A DNA stretch of 64,000 bases from Planctomycetota bacterium (GTDB lineage Bacteria > Planctomycetota > UBA1135 > UBA2386). Positions 62,014 to 64,000 of the stretch are shown here, piece after piece (position 1 is the first letter of the stretch; every line of letters begins with the position of its first letter). The translations under genes and the position numbers were made by a program. The DNA is taken from contig OZ245838.1 of the NCBI GenBank assembly GCA_965228735.1, positions 3,456,001 to 3,520,000 of the forward strand, given 5' to 3'. The notes below the pieces were generated by a model that worked only from the letters and a program-made list of their open reading frames with translations, ran no database searches and was not told where the DNA came from.

Positions 62014-62696
62014 GCCGCTGGATCCTGGTCGCCGAGGACGAGGTCACGCTCGGCGAGATGGTCTGCGACAACCTGCGGCACGAGTCGCACAACGCCGAGC
62101 ACGTCACGACCGGCCCGGCCGCGCTCGAACGGATGCAGCAGGGCGGCATCGACCTGCTCGTGCTCGACATCATGTTGCCGGGCCTCGACGGCTTCGAGGT
62201 GCTGAAGCAGCTGCGTGACCGCGGTGACACGACGCCCGTGCTCGTGCTCAGCGCGCGCAGCGCCGACGCGGACCGCATCAAGGGTCTCGAACTGCTCGCC
62301 GACGACTACCTGACCAAACCGTTCAACCTGCGCGAACTGCTGCTGCGCGTCGACGCGTTGCTGCGCCGCCAGCCGGTGCCCGAACCGAGCACCGATGCGC
62401 TCGAGTTCGGCGGCCACCGCGTCGAGTTCCGCGCCCAGCGCGCCCACTGCAAGAACGGCGAGACGATCGATCTCACGGCGACGGAGACGAAGCTCCTGCG
62501 CCTGCTGTCATCGCACGCCGGCACGGTCGTCGCGCGCCGCACGATCGTCGAGCACCTGTTCGGCAGCACCGCGCCGGCGACGGTGCGGACGCTCGACAAC
62601 ATCGTGCTGCGCCTGCGCAAGCTCTTCGAAGCCGATCCGTCGCAGCCGCGCCATCTCGTCACGGTGCGCGGCGTCGGGTTGCGATTCGACGGCTGA
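62010..62696 (+). CDS. OmpR-family response regulator
   Basis: AEDE, LDIMLP, KPF, winged-HTH ending TVRGVG; GTGA overlap with the kinase. Confidence 0.95.
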   Translation: MSRWILVAEDEVTLGEMVCDNLRHESHNAEHVTTGPAALERMQQGGIDLLVLDIMLPGLDGFEVLKQLRDRGDTTPVLVLSARSADADRIKGLELLADDYLTKPFNLRELLLRVDALLRRQPVPEPSTDALEFGGHRVEFRAQRAHCKNGETIDLTATETKLLRLLSSHAGTVVARRTIVEHLFGSTAPATVRTLDNIVLRLRKLFEADPSQPRHLVTVRGVGLRFDG

Positions 62697-62808
62697 GGTC
62701 GTGTGGGCCCCACGGGCCAGAGCGTGGGGCTCGGATCGCCGAGGGCAACGCGATACCATCATGGGTCGTGCGCGGCACCCCGCCGCCGCGAGGAAGAAGG
62801 AGCCAGCC

Positions 62809-63531
62809 ATGTCCAACGATCCAATCGCATCGGCGACGCACGCCCAGGTCCAACCGCTGGTCGTGCCGCCCAACGACGACGACATCTCCGGCCACCTGCA
62901 TCGCCAGGTGATCGGCGTGCTCGGCGCGACGATGCCGTTCGCCGTCGCGTGGCTGCATCGCATGCGCCCGCTGGAGACGTTGCCGCCCGAGGCGCTGACG
63001 TCGATCAGCGCGTACTACTACACCGACGCCGTCGCCGTGTTTGCCGGCGTGCTTTCGGTGCTCGCGGTCTACCTGTTCACGTATCGCGGCTATCGCAATC
63101 CGGGCCAGTACCTCGATCGCACGACGACGATCATCGCGGGCTTCGCCGCGGTCGGTGTCGCGTGTTTCCCCACCAGGTCACCGCTCGAGCCGCCGCAGTG
63201 GTGGCAACCGTGGGTCGGTCACGTCCACATCGGCAGCGCGATCGTGCTGTTCGCCGCGTTCGCCGTGTTCGCGCTGTTCCTGTTCCCGCGGTCCCCGTCG
63301 CCGCTCCGCGCGCTGTCGGCCGGCAAGCTCTGCCGGCGGGCCATCTACCTCACGTGCGGGCTCGGGATCGTGGCGTGCCTGATCTGGGCCGCGCTCGTGG
63401 ACGACATCTTCTGGCCCGAGACGATCGCGCTCGAGTTCTTCGCCGTGTCCTGGCTCGTGAAGGGCAAGGCCGATCAGACCGCGATCCGGCTGGCGCAGCG
63501 GGGGCTCCGGGTGTTCGGGGGCGGCAGCTGA
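62809..63531 (+). CDS. Multi-pass membrane protein (DUF998-like)
   Basis: AAGGAG RBS before ATG 62809; SISAYYYT motif; about six TM helices. Confidence 0.78.
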   Translation: MSNDPIASATHAQVQPLVVPPNDDDISGHLHRQVIGVLGATMPFAVAWLHRMRPLETLPPEALTSISAYYYTDAVAVFAGVLSVLAVYLFTYRGYRNPGQYLDRTTTIIAGFAAVGVACFPTRSPLEPPQWWQPWVGHVHIGSAIVLFAAFAVFALFLFPRSPSPLRALSAGKLCRRAIYLTCGLGIVACLIWAALVDDIFWPETIALEFFAVSWLVKGKADQTAIRLAQRGLRVFGGGS

Positions 63532-63550
63532 CCCGCGTCCTCGGACCGGA

Positions 63551-63640
63551 TCAATCGCAATCGCCGTTCATGTGCACTGTCCCGCAGTGTCGGCAGACGA
63601 ACTTGTAGAACGCCGGACAATCGAGGCCGGTCGCCGGGCA
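63551..63640 (-). pseudogene. Possible remnant of a CbrC/UPF0167-like gene (C-terminus only)
   Basis: Reads ...PAFYKFVCRHCGTVHMNGDCD-stop, like the recalled family C-terminus Y.F.C.HCG......D.D. Upstream sequence does not look coding. Confidence 0.4.
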
Positions 63641-63819
63641 TGGCGCATCGGACGATATCGTGCCGGCGCGGGGCCGGGCAACGAGACCGCAGGTTCGCGG
63701 TCTGCGGCCGGATCCGCCCGCCTTCGCCTGTATTCGCCGATCCAGGCGACATACGCTGCGCCGCCCCGGCCACTGAGGACCGCCCCCCGACCCCGATCCC
63801 TCCGGATCCCGCACTACCA

Positions 63820-64000
63820 ATGATGATTCGCACGACGCTCGCCCTGTCCCTCGCCCTTCCCCTGGTCCTCGCCCCCGTCACCGCGCAGGGTGACGACGCG
63901 CAGAAGCACGAGCTCGCGATGACCGCGCGGCCGGGCAACTCGGTCTGGCTCCGGCAGACGACCAAGACGGTCCAGGAGATCGACATGGGGATCCAGCAGG
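63820..64000 (+). CDS. Secreted hypothetical protein, 3' partial
   Basis: MMIRTTLALSLALPLVLAPVTAQGDDAQKHEL...; signal peptide; frame open to the window end. Confidence 0.7.
   Translation, partial: MMIRTTLALSLALPLVLAPVTAQGDDAQKHELAMTARPGNSVWLRQTTKTVQEIDMGIQQ

Overview
High-GC bacterial DNA, densely coding, with about 44 real genes. Most long overlapping ORFs in the six-frame track are antisense or off-frame shadows. The gene content points to a Planctomycetota genome, probably an uncultivated OM190-like lineage (inference): ECF sigma/Ser-Thr kinase pairs, a DUF1592-type planctomycete cytochrome, multiheme cytochromes, and many secreted beta-propeller proteins. Recognisable blocks are a TetR-MMPL-LolA-like-beta-barrel lipid export operon, two divergent ECF/kinase pairs, thrC, a lipA-E1a'-E1b-E2-E1a 2-oxoacid dehydrogenase operon, lpdA, tex, a desaturase, an octaheme cytochrome and a two-component system. 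The main hidden signal is a pair of adjacent, convergent genes (28441-29697 + and 29735-30151 -) that the ORF caller splits at in-frame TGA codons. Each TGA falls in a thioredoxin-type redox motif (C-T-U-G-N-G and U-P-R-C) and is followed by a SECIS-like hairpin, so both are probably exported selenoproteins; one resembles the SELENON active-site region. Other notable features: a 113-bp near-perfect palindrome carrying the stop codons of two convergent genes, a degenerate E1-alpha paralog, an E1-alpha with a histone-H1-like tail, a shared C-terminal domain on unrelated secreted proteins, duplicated TetR operators and two gene remnants. No rRNA, tRNA, CRISPR array or transposase was recognised.
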